A DNA stretch of 64,000 nucleotides from an uncultured archaeon (lineage in GTDB: Archaea; Aenigmatarchaeota; Aenigmatarchaeia; CG10238-14; SCSR01), in contig CAZICS010000003.1 of assembly GCA_964537835.1 (NCBI GenBank), positions 7,163 to 71,162 on the forward strand, read 5' to 3'. The notes under the pieces were generated by a model. That model was not told where the DNA came from. It saw only the letters and a list, made by a program, of their open reading frames with translations, and ran no database searches. Positions within the stretch are counted from its first letter, which is position 1. Each line of letters starts with the position of its first letter. Shown here in pieces: positions 29,019 to 39,164 of this stretch. A program made the translations under genes and the position numbers.

Positions 29019-29588
29019 ATGAAAGCAAAAGATTTTTGGAATTGGGTTTTTGAGTTAGGACAGCTAAAAAGGATTGACCATGAAGGCTGGAAGTTACTTG
29101 GAATTAAAAATCCAGAAAGCGTGGCTGAGCATAACCTAAGAGCTGCTCAAATAGCCTTTGTTCTAGCCAAGCTTGAAAATTATCCAAACCCATTTGAGGT
29201 TTGTACTTTAACTCTATTTCATGAATTGGAAGAATGCAGGATCGGAGATATCCATAAAGTTGCGAGAAGATATGTAAAAAGCTATGATGAAGAGAAAGCT
29301 GTAAAAGAACAGGTTAAGAAACTTGGTAGGATTGGGAAAGAAATTTTTGGTTTATGGAAAAGGGTTAAGAAACTTGATTCTAAGGCTGCCCTAATCGCTA
29401 AGGATGCTGATTTGCTTGAGATGGCTGCTACTGCAAAAGAGCTAATGGAAAGAGGTTATGAGTATGCAAAGGATTGGATTAAAAATATTTCAAAAAAGCT
29501 TAGGACTAAGTCTGCAAAAAAGTTGCTTGAAGGATTAAAAAAAGTTAATTCTAATGAATGGTGGCAAGGCTTAAAGAGAATTGATTAA
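29019..29588 (+). CDS. HD-domain phosphohydrolase (YfbR-like)
   Basis: H...HELEECRIGD...D pattern, 189 aa. Confidence 0.6.
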   Translation: MKAKDFWNWVFELGQLKRIDHEGWKLLGIKNPESVAEHNLRAAQIAFVLAKLENYPNPFEVCTLTLFHELEECRIGDIHKVARRYVKSYDEEKAVKEQVKKLGRIGKEIFGLWKRVKKLDSKAALIAKDADLLEMAATAKELMERGYEYAKDWIKNISKKLRTKSAKKLLEGLKKVNSNEWWQGLKRID

Positions 29589-29639
29589 AAATTTAAAGTT
29601 TATAAATCTTACTTCTTAAAAATTTATAGGGAAGAAAGA

Positions 29640-30176
29640 ATGAAATACTTAAACTTGGATAAAAATGAAATTGAGCTTGCTAAAATAATAGTAGAAGAAA
29701 CTTTCAAAAAACCAGTTAACCTTATAAATCTTGATCCTAGAGGAAAAAAAGTAGAGTTTTACACTTTTCCTGAGTTTCCAGAAGAAATAATAGGCTTAAG
29801 CGAAAGAGCCATAAAAAACATAGAGGAATCTCTTTCAACCACTTATGGGTCAAGAATTTTAGGAATGGAGAAAGAGGGAAACAGAATTAAAATAAAGACT
29901 GAGAAAGGAGAGATTGTTAAGAAAAATAAAGAATTCATGGATGATATCTCTTTGGGAGCTTATCTTAAGAGTAGGTATTTGTGCAGAATCTATGGAATAG
30001 AAACAGTTGGGTTAGAAGAAGTATCGAATGCTTTACCTCTAGAAGCAATAGCCTTTCTTTCAAACCTAGAGGAAAGAGTAGAGACTTATAAGCCTGTAGA
30101 ATATGGAGCAAAAGGAAAACTAATGGTTAAAAGAAATTCTAACGGAATACTAAGGACATACTTCAGGCTCATTTAA
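29640..30176 (+). CDS. Hypothetical protein
   Basis: 178-aa ORF. Confidence 0.4.
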   Translation: MKYLNLDKNEIELAKIIVEETFKKPVNLINLDPRGKKVEFYTFPEFPEEIIGLSERAIKNIEESLSTTYGSRILGMEKEGNRIKIKTEKGEIVKKNKEFMDDISLGAYLKSRYLCRIYGIETVGLEEVSNALPLEAIAFLSNLEERVETYKPVEYGAKGKLMVKRNSNGILRTYFRLI

Positions 30177-31064
30177 CTATGAAATGTATGACAAATCCTT
30201 ATCTTTTTTTCTTTTAATTTTGATAGAAAAATTCACATTTAGTTTGGATATAGGCTTGATTACTTTCCTCTCTTGTAAAAGACTCTTATAGACCTCTGGT
30301 TTGGTTAGAAGTTGAATTTGCTTTGGGTAACACATATAATCGATCCAATTTTCCTTGTATCTTTCTTCTAACTCAGACAAGTAGTTTACGATAAGGTTAA
30401 TTCTTTTAACACAAGTATTCCAGGCTATGGGATTTCCAGAATATATGACTTCATAATCATCGACTCCTAAACTAATTCTTTCTCCTCTATTATACAAATC
30501 TTTCAGAAGTTCATTTTCCATAACTCTCAAATAGCTCCAAGTAATCTCCGCTATTTCAAAAGGTTTTTTAGAAGGAATTCTTCCTTTTTTCAGGTAATCA
30601 TTCGTGGACTTAACGATTTCCAAAGCTTCTTTATAAAGCTCTTCTAAACCTAAACCTTCTTCTCTAGCTTTTTCTGCTTTGAGAATTCCCATAGCTTTAC
30701 TGTTTATCCCCATTAGAAAAAGGTTTTGCTTAGCAAAGAATAATTTTTCCTGTTTTTTGGATAGAGAGGGTGAATCATAAAACCAATATTTTTCTCTTTT
30801 TTCAATTCTCTCCAACACTTTAAGATTGCTTTTTATAAGTTTCGATATAGAACTCACATATTCCCTCTCTTTTTCGCGACAATTCTCGCTTAAACCCAAA
30901 GGCCAGCCAACTATTTTTTCTAAATTCTCTCTTAGACTCTCCAACCTTAGCTTTAAATCATTCAAATTTTTTCTTTCTAGTTTAAGCGGCGGAGAATTAA
31001 CAATAGCGCAAGTTCTTATAATACTATCTGCAAACTCGACTATTTGCACTCTTGTGTAATCCAT
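30177..31064 (-). CDS. Hypothetical helical protein ending in LSYIS
   Basis: 295-aa ORF downstream of the KaiC-like ATPase on the same strand. Confidence 0.4.
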   Translation of the reverse strand: MDYTRVQIVEFADSIIRTCAIVNSPPLKLERKNLNDLKLRLESLRENLEKIVGWPLGLSENCREKEREYVSSISKLIKSNLKVLERIEKREKYWFYDSPSLSKKQEKLFFAKQNLFLMGINSKAMGILKAEKAREEGLGLEELYKEALEIVKSTNDYLKKGRIPSKKPFEIAEITWSYLRVMENELLKDLYNRGERISLGVDDYEVIYSGNPIAWNTCVKRINLIVNYLSELEERYKENWIDYMCYPKQIQLLTKPEVYKSLLQERKVIKPISKLNVNFSIKIKRKKDKDLSYIS

Positions 31065-31149
31065 ACTCTCAGTGTTATAAATTTGAAAGAGGAATTTTTA
31101 AGCTTTTCTTTTTTCCCCTTTAAATTTTAAAGGAAAAGATTAGAATTTT

Positions 31150-31833
31150 CTAGCCTTTTTTAACAACTATTCCTTTGCTCGTGATCTCAAATGGATAAAT
31201 GTCAGTTCCGTGCTTGGTTCTTCTCATCTTCCTTATTATCAAGCTTCTTGGTATTCCCCCTACCGCATATTCTAAATAATGCAACCTTATTATTCCGTCA
31301 ACAACGAATTCTTCAACTCCAAGCCTGCTTAGCTTATTCTCCCCTTCTGGAATCTCGCTTATTAGTATACTCGTAACTTTTAAATCTCTCAAAGTCTTTG
31401 CTAAATCAAATATAGCTCTTCTTATTATGGGTATTGACTCACTTTCTTTCCATCCCATGGTTGCGACGCTTAAGCTATCTAGAACAAACCTTTTTGCATC
31501 TACCCTCCTTACCAAATCCCTTATCACATCCTTTATCTCTTCCATGCTAGAAGGGAACAAAGATTCGACTATAAGCTTTTTTTCACCAATATACTTCTTA
31601 AAATCCCATCCAAAATCCTGCGCACATTTTATTATACTTTCCTTATCTTCCTCCAAGGTTATGTAAACTCCATTCTCCCCATTTTGCAACCCATGCCATA
31701 GGAATTGACAGGAAAAAATGGTTTTTCCCGTCCCTGTACTTCCGCAGAGTAAAATCGTAGAGCCTTTTATAAACCCACCTTCGATTAGCTTGTCCAAGCC
31801 AGGAATTCCTGTTTCTATTCTCTCCTTTTCCAT
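31150..31833 (-). CDS. KaiC/RadA-like single-domain RecA-superfamily ATPase
   Basis: GIPGLDKLIEGGF...GSTGTGKT (Walker A), 227 aa. Confidence 0.8.
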   Translation of the reverse strand: MEKERIETGIPGLDKLIEGGFIKGSTILLCGSTGTGKTIFSCQFLWHGLQNGENGVYITLEEDKESIIKCAQDFGWDFKKYIGEKKLIVESLFPSSMEEIKDVIRDLVRRVDAKRFVLDSLSVATMGWKESESIPIIRRAIFDLAKTLRDLKVTSILISEIPEGENKLSRLGVEEFVVDGIIRLHYLEYAVGGIPRSLIIRKMRRTKHGTDIYPFEITSKGIVVKKG

Positions 31834-31867
31834 AAAACTAATTTAGAATTTTTTATAATTATAGTTT

Positions 31868-32161
31868 ATGAGCATAGCTATCGACAAGCTTCTTCTAATA
31901 ATCTTAGGCTTGATAGTCTTAGTAGTTGCTCTAGTCCTTTATTCTGGCTACATAAGACCAGAAATGACCAACTGCGAAATTTGCAGGAACTTACTCATGA
32001 GTTGGTGCGCAAAGTGTGCAGCGAATGAGTATTCTTCTGATATTTCCATTCCTGCAGAGATATGCGAATGCTCTGTTAAATGCGGCCTACTTTCTAGCTG
32101 TACATCTTCAACAAATTGCAACGATTTGGAAAGCGAATGCTCAAACTACATTTCATCTTAG
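31868..32161 (+). CDS. Small Cys-rich protein with an N-terminal hydrophobic (pilin-like) helix
   Basis: MSIAIDKLLLIILGLIVLVVALVLY followed by 10 Cys in 65 aa. Confidence 0.35.
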   Translation: MSIAIDKLLLIILGLIVLVVALVLYSGYIRPEMTNCEICRNLLMSWCAKCAANEYSSDISIPAEICECSVKCGLLSSCTSSTNCNDLESECSNYISS

Positions 32162-32764
32162 CCTTGGTAGAATCATGAGTATTTCGTCTTTATCTCCTAT
32201 TGCTAAGTAATTTCCATTCAGATACATCTTTGCTACCAGAGCGCAAGTAATTGCATCTAGCTCATCGTCGCTTATCTCTTTTTTCCTTACATCGCCTTTT
32301 ACTCCAAGCTTGATCAAACCCTTCCTCAACTTTTCTATACCTTCTTGCTTCCTAGGAATTTTTAAAATATCCTGAGCTGCCCCAGGATAAGTTTCTATAA
32401 CTTTAAAACCTTCTTTTTCCAATTTTTTTCTTAACCTAATTCCCCTTCGGGTTAACTTTCTCATAGGCCCTAGGGATATGGGAAAAAGCTTAATTCCCAT
32501 TCTAAGTAGCTCCTTATCACATTCTCTCAAATGCCCAAGCTTCGAATATTTTTTTGCTAAGCTAGGCCTAGCTTTTGGTAAAGCTAGAGGTGCGTCTATC
32601 GCAATAACTTCTGGCTTAACTTTCCTTACTTCTTCCAAAATTTCCTCATCTTCATGCAAAACTCTTGTTCTTGCTACCAGATTCTCGTCTAGAAGGCAAA
32701 AGCCTGTTTTTCTCCTTTCGCTTCCAGCTAGATCAATTCCTACAACCCTCAAGTTCTCACGCAA
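32153..32764 (-). CDS. DUF429-like protein (RNase H-fold predicted nuclease)
   Basis: VVGIDLAGSERRKTGFCLL N-terminal motif, 203 aa. Confidence 0.5.
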   Translation of the reverse strand: MRENLRVVGIDLAGSERRKTGFCLLDENLVARTRVLHEDEEILEEVRKVKPEVIAIDAPLALPKARPSLAKKYSKLGHLRECDKELLRMGIKLFPISLGPMRKLTRRGIRLRKKLEKEGFKVIETYPGAAQDILKIPRKQEGIEKLRKGLIKLGVKGDVRKKEISDDELDAITCALVAKMYLNGNYLAIGDKDEILMILPRLR

Positions 32765-33269
32765 ACTTTATGCATTCTGCCGGAGGAGAAAACATTAAAT
32801 CGCAAAACGCCTTAAAAATTTCATCGTTAGTACAATTCCTTAAGACTCTTTGCCCAAAAAAGCTTGAGATTAAAATTTTGTAAGAACTTCTGTTCTCAAC
32901 TATTTCCTGCAAAATTATCTGATTCTTAAACCTTTTCGCAAAATCTTCCAAATATGACTTTTTATCTATGCACTCGCTACACTCATTTCCATAGAAAAAC
33001 TTGACCAGAGTCTTTCCTTTTTGAATAGCCAAATTTTCTTGCTCTGGAGTAAGTTCATAATCTATTATATTCTCTTCTGGCAACGCAACCAAGCCGGTAG
33101 GCCTAAATGCTTGGAGGAAAAAATAAGTTATGCTTGAGCCTAGCATTAGGAATATCAAAAAACTTGAAATTATAGCACTCTTTGCAATTTTAAGCTTCAT
33201 ACCTTTTAACTTTAAGAATTTATTTTTATAAATTTTATTTGTGGTTCTTGAGAAGCTTATTTCAGTCAA
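32757..33269 (-). CDS. Membrane-anchored thioredoxin-like protein
   Basis: N-terminal TM. FFYGNECSEC (CxxC) in a thioredoxin-like context. Confidence 0.4.
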   Translation of the reverse strand: MTEISFSRTTNKIYKNKFLKLKGMKLKIAKSAIISSFLIFLMLGSSITYFFLQAFRPTGLVALPEENIIDYELTPEQENLAIQKGKTLVKFFYGNECSECIDKKSYLEDFAKRFKNQIILQEIVENRSSYKILISSFFGQRVLRNCTNDEIFKAFCDLMFSPPAECIKFA

Positions 33270-34035
33270 GACTGCAGAAAAGAAGCCTTACTTGCTTTTT
33301 CTATTTGGCATAGCCATTTCTTTAACCTGCTTGTTCATTTCCTTCATGGTTTTTGAAACTTCTGTAGGAATGTTCACAACTTTTTTAATAACTATAGCAG
33401 TAACTCCCTTTATGATTAATCTGTTGAGATATGAGGAAGCGAGAGAAGAAGAGCTTTATCAGCATAGGAAAGATATAAGCTTGATCAAAAGGCATAGAAA
33501 CATCTTGCTCATTTTCTCCATATTTTTTATCTCAATAGTCTTTTCTTATTCTTTGCTTTATTTGATTTTGCCAGAGGAACTAAGCCAAAAAATTTTTGAG
33601 GATCAGATAAGCGAGATAAAAGCAATAAGAGGAAGCTTCGCATCCCAAGATACTTTCGTCAAAATAGTTTCGAATAACATAGGCGTTCTCTTCCTCTCCT
33701 TCCTCTTCTCTTTCCTTTTTGGAGCAGGAGCTATTTTTATCCTCGCATGGAATGCTTCTGTTTTAGCAGTAGCTATAGGAATGCTGGCCCAAAGCATAGG
33801 AGGGATTAAAGCTTTACCTCTAGCTGCAATGGTTTTCTTCCCCCATGGTAGCTTGGAGATTCTAGCTTACTTCATAGGAGCGATTGCGGGCGGTTTAATC
33901 TCTGCAGCTCTAACGAGAAGAAAGCCTAAATGGTTCTGGTTCATCTTTAGGGATAGCGCAAAGCTTTTGATTATTTCCATAATCTTACTTTTTATCGCAG
34001 GAATGGTTGAAGTAATAGCTATAGGCTTAGGATGA
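33241..34035 (+). CDS. SpoIIM-like (DUF95) membrane protein
   Basis: Polytopic. FFPHGSLEILAYFIGAIAGG is typical of the family. Confidence 0.6.
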   Translation: MVLEKLISVKTAEKKPYLLFLFGIAISLTCLFISFMVFETSVGMFTTFLITIAVTPFMINLLRYEEAREEELYQHRKDISLIKRHRNILLIFSIFFISIVFSYSLLYLILPEELSQKIFEDQISEIKAIRGSFASQDTFVKIVSNNIGVLFLSFLFSFLFGAGAIFILAWNASVLAVAIGMLAQSIGGIKALPLAAMVFFPHGSLEILAYFIGAIAGGLISAALTRRKPKWFWFIFRDSAKLLIISIILLFIAGMVEVIAIGLG

Positions 34036-34419
34036 TCAGTAAGAAAGACTTTCTTCTTTTCTTTTTCTCTTAACTAAATCAAATATTAGCTTTTGAATTC
34101 CTTCTGGGTCAGGAACCGCTAATAAGGATGCTTCAGCTCCCATCCTTCCAGGAGAAATTTGACCAGCTAAAGTTTGGATTAACACACTCCCAAAGCCTAG
34201 GACTCTTTCTAAAAGTGTTCTTGAAACTATAACATCCGAAATTCTTTCCAATGGAATTGAAACAACCCTATATCCAATCAGACCTTTTTTATAAATTATT
34301 CTTTTATTTGTTATCCAATAATGCTGATGCTTATATTGAAGGCCAGAGATATACCAGCCTAGAAACAATCCTATGAGAGCTATAAACGATAGTAAAAGTA
34401 AAATTCCAAAAAGACCCAA
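34036..34419 (-). CDS. Membrane-anchored bacterial-PH (YdbS/DUF304-like) domain protein
   Basis: N-terminal TM hairpin, then YWITNKRIIYKKG...ISDV. Confidence 0.5.
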   Translation of the reverse strand: MGLFGILLLLSFIALIGLFLGWYISGLQYKHQHYWITNKRIIYKKGLIGYRVVSIPLERISDVIVSRTLLERVLGFGSVLIQTLAGQISPGRMGAEASLLAVPDPEGIQKLIFDLVKRKRKEESLSY

Positions 34420-34600
34420 ATCGAGTAAAGGGGTTTAAAAACTATTCCAAATTCTCGTAGCTAGGCGAACATAATAATTTCTTAAGTTATTTAATGTGTC
34501 TGCTACCTACATTGAATCGTCAAAGGGAAAGAAAAGTCTAGAGCTCTTGCATAAAGTTTTACGATTACTCAAGGAAATGGCATTGAAATTAGAACAAAAA

Positions 34601-37300
34601 TTATTCTAAGTAAATCCCTGGTTTTCCGTACTTAGCTTTACTCGCCTTATTCTGAGGATCGTACCTTTTCTTGTCGCTAGCCCTAAAAACAAAAATGTTT
34701 TCAAAACCTAAGATTCTCCTCAAAAATTCTTTTGCCTCGTTTAAATATTCAAACTCTTTTTTGGTCGATGTATACAAATAACAGTTTTTCTTCTTTCCAG
34801 CAAGCTTGATAACATGTCTTATATCTTCAATCGAATTTCTCAAAATTTCCTCGAGCTCCAAAACTTTTTTGTTGAACTTCTCTCTATCAAACTCTGGCCA
34901 TTTAGCCTTTGCTATAAAACCTTTTTTCTTCAATTTTTCCCAGAGCTCCTCGCAAGCATGCGGAACTAAAGGAGCTAAAAGTTTAGCTATAACTTCTAAA
35001 CTTTCCTTCAGGACCTTTCGATTGCAATTCTCCATTCCGTTATTCCTTTCAACATACCATTTAAGCTCTCTCACAGAATCGAACAAAGCATTCTTGGCTG
35101 CGCTCCTAAACTTTAATTCCTCATAATTCTGGGTAGCCTCTTTGATTAAAGCTTGGAGCTTGCTTTGCAGATAAACATCTATGGCTTTTATTTCTTTTCT
35201 CTTAGCCTTTTTAAGCTGCTTGACTAATTCAAAGAGAAAATTGATTCTTGAAGCATAGGCTTGTATACTTTCATCCCTCCAATCAGCATCGTTCAATCCT
35301 TCGCTGGAAGCTACTATGTTAATCCTAACCAAATCAGCCCCGTATTTTTCTACCAAGTTTCTTAAAGGAATTACATTCCCCTTTGATTTGCTCATCTTGG
35401 CTCCATAAACGTTAACAAAACCGTTTACGCCAATAGCCCTGGGCCAATACTTTTTTGGCCAAATGGCAACGTGGTGGAAGATGTAGAAGGTTAAATGGTT
35501 CGGAACCAGTTCTTTTGCCGAATTTCTCAAGTCGACCGGATAGAAGTATTCGAACTCTCTTCTCATCTCCTCCAAAACTTTTGGTTTTAACCCAGCCTGC
35601 TTAGCAATCTTTTTAGCATTCCCTTTTCCTAAAAATATAAAATCAAAAACTTCATCGGTCAATTTGCTCGCTGCTATCTTCTCCTTCTTTATTATCCTTG
35701 CGATAGTGTAGAAAGCCATGTAGATGGTTGAGTCGCTTAGAGTTTCAACTTTCCATTCTTTATCCCAGGGCAATTGCGTTCCCAAACCTGCTTTTCTTGC
35801 ACATGCTTTATCCTTAAGCCAATCTATGGTCGCTTCAAACTGAGCTCTTGCCTCTTCAGGATAAATTTTAATTTGTTTCAAACATTTTTTAGCGAGTTCT
35901 TTCCATCTTTTATCCGAATATTTCAAAAACCATTGTTTCTTAAGAATTTTAACATAATTCTCTGTTCCGCATCTGCAAACAACTTTTCCAGAAGGCTCGT
36001 AGATTAAATCAGCTATCTTTTCCTTCAAGAATTCTTTGGTAAGCTTCTCTTTAACTTCAGAAACTTTAAAGCCAGCATACTTGCCGCAATTTTGCTTTAG
36101 TATGCCCAGATGAAATTCCTTCTTGTACAAAATTTCAGTAGCCTGATCCAACTTTTCTTTTTCTTTTTGGCTTTTAATCTTAAGCTTTTCGCAAATTTCT
36201 TTGGCAGGAATTTCTCCAAATTCCTTAGTTTTAATCATCGAGATTGGCTTAATTTCTTTTATTCGTTCAGGCTCCAATCCATACTTTTTAATTTCCTCTT
36301 CACTAGCTTGCAATTCTTTCAGAGCTATGTAATCCCAAGGAGCATGAGCGGGAACGCTCATCACTATTCCGGTAGCAACCTTTGGGTCGCAAAAGCTAGC
36401 CGGTAAAACGATCACCTTATTTTTTAAAACAGGGTTTTCGGCTGTTTTTCCTACTAGCTCATAGCCACTAACTTCTTCTATTATCAAAACTTTTTTTAAT
36501 TGCTCCTTAAGCTTGAAGGTAGCTTCCTTGCTCAAAATCCAAACTTCATCGTCAATCCAGGCTTTCACATAATCTACGCTTGGATTAACCCAAATGTTTG
36601 TTACACCATAGATTGTTTCAGGCCTTAGAGTTGCACAAGGCAAAATCTCTCCTGTTTCCAAGGGAAATTTCAAGATTATATATTCTAAAGGACTTTCTCC
36701 CTCTCCTATTAGCCTATCATGATCTCCCGTAGGGCTTTTACAGTGCGGACAATAGATTACTGGATGCGTCCCCTTCTTCACATAACCTTTCTTTCTAAGC
36801 AAGTTGTACTGCCATTCGATAAACCTGTTAAAATGCTTGTCCAAAGCTGTAATGAAGGTTCTCCTCCAATCTATGGAAAAGCCTGCTCTTTTAATATCCT
36901 GAATGAACCTCTTTGCCCAGAATTTAGCTACATAGGCAGCTCCGTATTTTTTAAAATTATTTAAATCTTTTTCGCTAGCTCCATAAAGCTTGAAAGTTTC
37001 AGCCTGTGTCTTATCGCCTTTCTTCAACCTTTCTATAGCTCCTAAAATAGGCTCACCAGTAGCATGAAAACCTTGGGGGAATAGAACGTTAAAACCTTGC
37101 ATCCTCTTAAACCTTGCGTAAGAATCGCATCTTAGAGCGGTAAAGGCTGCACCTATGTGCATGCTTCCATTCAAGTAAGGGATTGGAAAGGTTATGAAAA
37201 ACTTTGGTTTCTTGCTTGGGTTTGCTTCGAATATTCTAGCCTTTTCCCATCTTTTCTGCCACTTCTTCTCTATTTTTCTTAAGTTCATACTCCCATCCAA
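34601..37300 (-). CDS. leuS: Leucyl-tRNA synthetase (archaeal type)
   Basis: 899 aa. PYLNGSMHIG (HIGH region), KMSKSKGN, large editing insertion. Confidence 0.9.
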   Translation of the reverse strand: MDGSMNLRKIEKKWQKRWEKARIFEANPSKKPKFFITFPIPYLNGSMHIGAAFTALRCDSYARFKRMQGFNVLFPQGFHATGEPILGAIERLKKGDKTQAETFKLYGASEKDLNNFKKYGAAYVAKFWAKRFIQDIKRAGFSIDWRRTFITALDKHFNRFIEWQYNLLRKKGYVKKGTHPVIYCPHCKSPTGDHDRLIGEGESPLEYIILKFPLETGEILPCATLRPETIYGVTNIWVNPSVDYVKAWIDDEVWILSKEATFKLKEQLKKVLIIEEVSGYELVGKTAENPVLKNKVIVLPASFCDPKVATGIVMSVPAHAPWDYIALKELQASEEEIKKYGLEPERIKEIKPISMIKTKEFGEIPAKEICEKLKIKSQKEKEKLDQATEILYKKEFHLGILKQNCGKYAGFKVSEVKEKLTKEFLKEKIADLIYEPSGKVVCRCGTENYVKILKKQWFLKYSDKRWKELAKKCLKQIKIYPEEARAQFEATIDWLKDKACARKAGLGTQLPWDKEWKVETLSDSTIYMAFYTIARIIKKEKIAASKLTDEVFDFIFLGKGNAKKIAKQAGLKPKVLEEMRREFEYFYPVDLRNSAKELVPNHLTFYIFHHVAIWPKKYWPRAIGVNGFVNVYGAKMSKSKGNVIPLRNLVEKYGADLVRINIVASSEGLNDADWRDESIQAYASRINFLFELVKQLKKAKRKEIKAIDVYLQSKLQALIKEATQNYEELKFRSAAKNALFDSVRELKWYVERNNGMENCNRKVLKESLEVIAKLLAPLVPHACEELWEKLKKKGFIAKAKWPEFDREKFNKKVLELEEILRNSIEDIRHVIKLAGKKKNCYLYTSTKKEFEYLNEAKEFLRRILGFENIFVFRASDKKRYDPQNKASKAKYGKPGIYLE

Positions 37301-37947
37301 TAATTAATTTCAGAAATTTTCTCTTTAAATTTCTCTTCCAATAATTTATTTCTTTTTAGAACTATATTGTTTTGTCGAATACAATCTCTTGAAAATATTA
37401 GACCTGTCAACCTAGCTTGACTTATCATCGTAGAATTATGAGCCGTATCCCTATCTAGCTTATATTTTTCCATTGCAACCCTTCTCATATTTTCTGTAAT
37501 TTTAAAACTATCTGCATAAGGATTTTCCAGAGCAACTTTAACGACTCTCCTTAAGTAATTTCTATGGAATTTGTAAACATTTCCTTCAAGCTTGCGTGGA
37601 AGAGGTTGCTCAGCATGAGTTGTTCTCATCTCAAGTTCTACTGGATTTTTTATAAAGAACTCATGCCTAAGATAAGGGTCTCTTGGTGTTCTTGGAAGAT
37701 ATATGGAAATAACACTAGGTCTTTTTAATTCTGGGCATTTCTTTTTTAGCAAATATTCATACCTTTTTTTCACTTTTTCTGTAACTCTTAAGATTTTTGA
37801 TCCTTTCTTTGAGTTAATTAAAATGTCTATATCATCCTCGTACGTTACAGTACCTTCGACAACGGAACCTCTTATAGAAATGAAAGTAATTAACTCCTTT
37901 CCGTACCTAGAAATTTCTTCACAAATTTCAAGAGCAGAAGAAATCAT
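37285..37947 (-). CDS. Possible nucleotidyltransferase-domain protein
   Basis: IRGSVVEG...EDDIDILI resembles the pol-beta NTase GS...DxD motif. Confidence 0.4.
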   Translation of the reverse strand: MISSALEICEEISRYGKELITFISIRGSVVEGTVTYEDDIDILINSKKGSKILRVTEKVKKRYEYLLKKKCPELKRPSVISIYLPRTPRDPYLRHEFFIKNPVELEMRTTHAEQPLPRKLEGNVYKFHRNYLRRVVKVALENPYADSFKITENMRRVAMEKYKLDRDTAHNSTMISQARLTGLIFSRDCIRQNNIVLKRNKLLEEKFKEKISEINYWMGV

Positions 37948-38132
37948 GAAGTTATAAAATTCATCTTCGTAGAGTCTTTTAGAAATTAGCTCTAACTTGC
38001 TTCCAGATCCGTAGAACTCTTTCCCCTCTCATCTCCTTCACTTTATTAGATTTGGAGTTCAAAATTTAAATTCTTTCCATTCGTCACTTTTCTTGGAGTT
38101 AGTAAGCTCTAAAAAAAGCTAAGGTAAATTTT

Positions 38133-39074
38133 TCAAGCTATTATAAGATAGGAAAGGAGATATAAGAAAATAAAAATTATTCCTGCTAACTTATCAACTT
38201 TTTCTCTAACTGCAAGAATTAGTATAACCAAAAAAGAAGCAAGGAAAGTGTAAAAGCCTACGCTCAAGCTAATGGGATGTATAGGAACAGGAAATAGTAG
38301 TAAACCAACAGCTGGCGCAAGAGTAGCATCTACAATGCAACTTCCTATCAAATCTCCGACAGCAATCCCATACGCTTTTTTCCTAATGGCTGTAAAATCT
38401 ACTGTTAGTTCAGGAAGGGAAGTTCCTATAGCTACAAGAAAGAAGCTAAGTAAGAATTCTGGAATTTTGAATGCTATTGAAAGTTTTATAATAGATTGGA
38501 TTACTAAATAGCTTCCGATTCCCACACCGGCAAAACCTAGAGTAGCAATGAGGATATCCCAAAGGAAGTTGTTCGATTTCTTTTTCGTATAAACTTTAAT
38601 TTTTTTTGACTTCTTCAAAAATTTTTCACTACTCCTAACCACAAGCATGAATAGAGGCCAGCTAATTACCAGAAAAAACGCGCTCAATCTTGAAATATAT
38701 CCTTTTTCAAGCGTTGCCAAAAGAAGTATCAGTGAAAGGATCAAACAACTTCCGATGATTAGTATTTCCTCCCTTTTAACCTTAAAAGCCCTGACAAAAG
38801 AAAGGATTCCAAAAACTAAGGTTATTTGAGCTAGGACAGAACCGATAGAATTCCCTATGTTTATATCTCCATGCCCCATTGCACAAGAGACTATAGAATT
38901 TGCAATTTCTGGAAAGTCTGTTCCTATGGAAACCAAAGTTAGTCCAATGAGGATCGGAGAAATTTTTAGAGCTTGAGCTATCTTTATTGAATGCTTAACA
39001 GCCTTATCGCTAGAAAAAGCTAGGAGTGCTATCCCGAAAATCAAGACACCCATTGCCCCAAAAATATCGAGCAA
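38133..39074 (-). CDS. Ca2+/cation antiporter (CaCA, YrbG-like)
   Basis: Duplicated alpha-repeat motifs GTDFPEIANS and GTSLPELTVD, about 10 TM helices. Confidence 0.8.
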   Translation of the reverse strand: MLDIFGAMGVLIFGIALLAFSSDKAVKHSIKIAQALKISPILIGLTLVSIGTDFPEIANSIVSCAMGHGDINIGNSIGSVLAQITLVFGILSFVRAFKVKREEILIIGSCLILSLILLLATLEKGYISRLSAFFLVISWPLFMLVVRSSEKFLKKSKKIKVYTKKKSNNFLWDILIATLGFAGVGIGSYLVIQSIIKLSIAFKIPEFLLSFFLVAIGTSLPELTVDFTAIRKKAYGIAVGDLIGSCIVDATLAPAVGLLLFPVPIHPISLSVGFYTFLASFLVILILAVREKVDKLAGIIFIFLYLLSYLIIA

Positions 39075-39164
39075 ACGAAAGCCCCTCTTTTATATTTTTG
39101 TTTTTGAGGAATAAATCGTTTCGAGCGAAAAATTAATTTATTTAAAAGTCTTGTATAGAATTAA

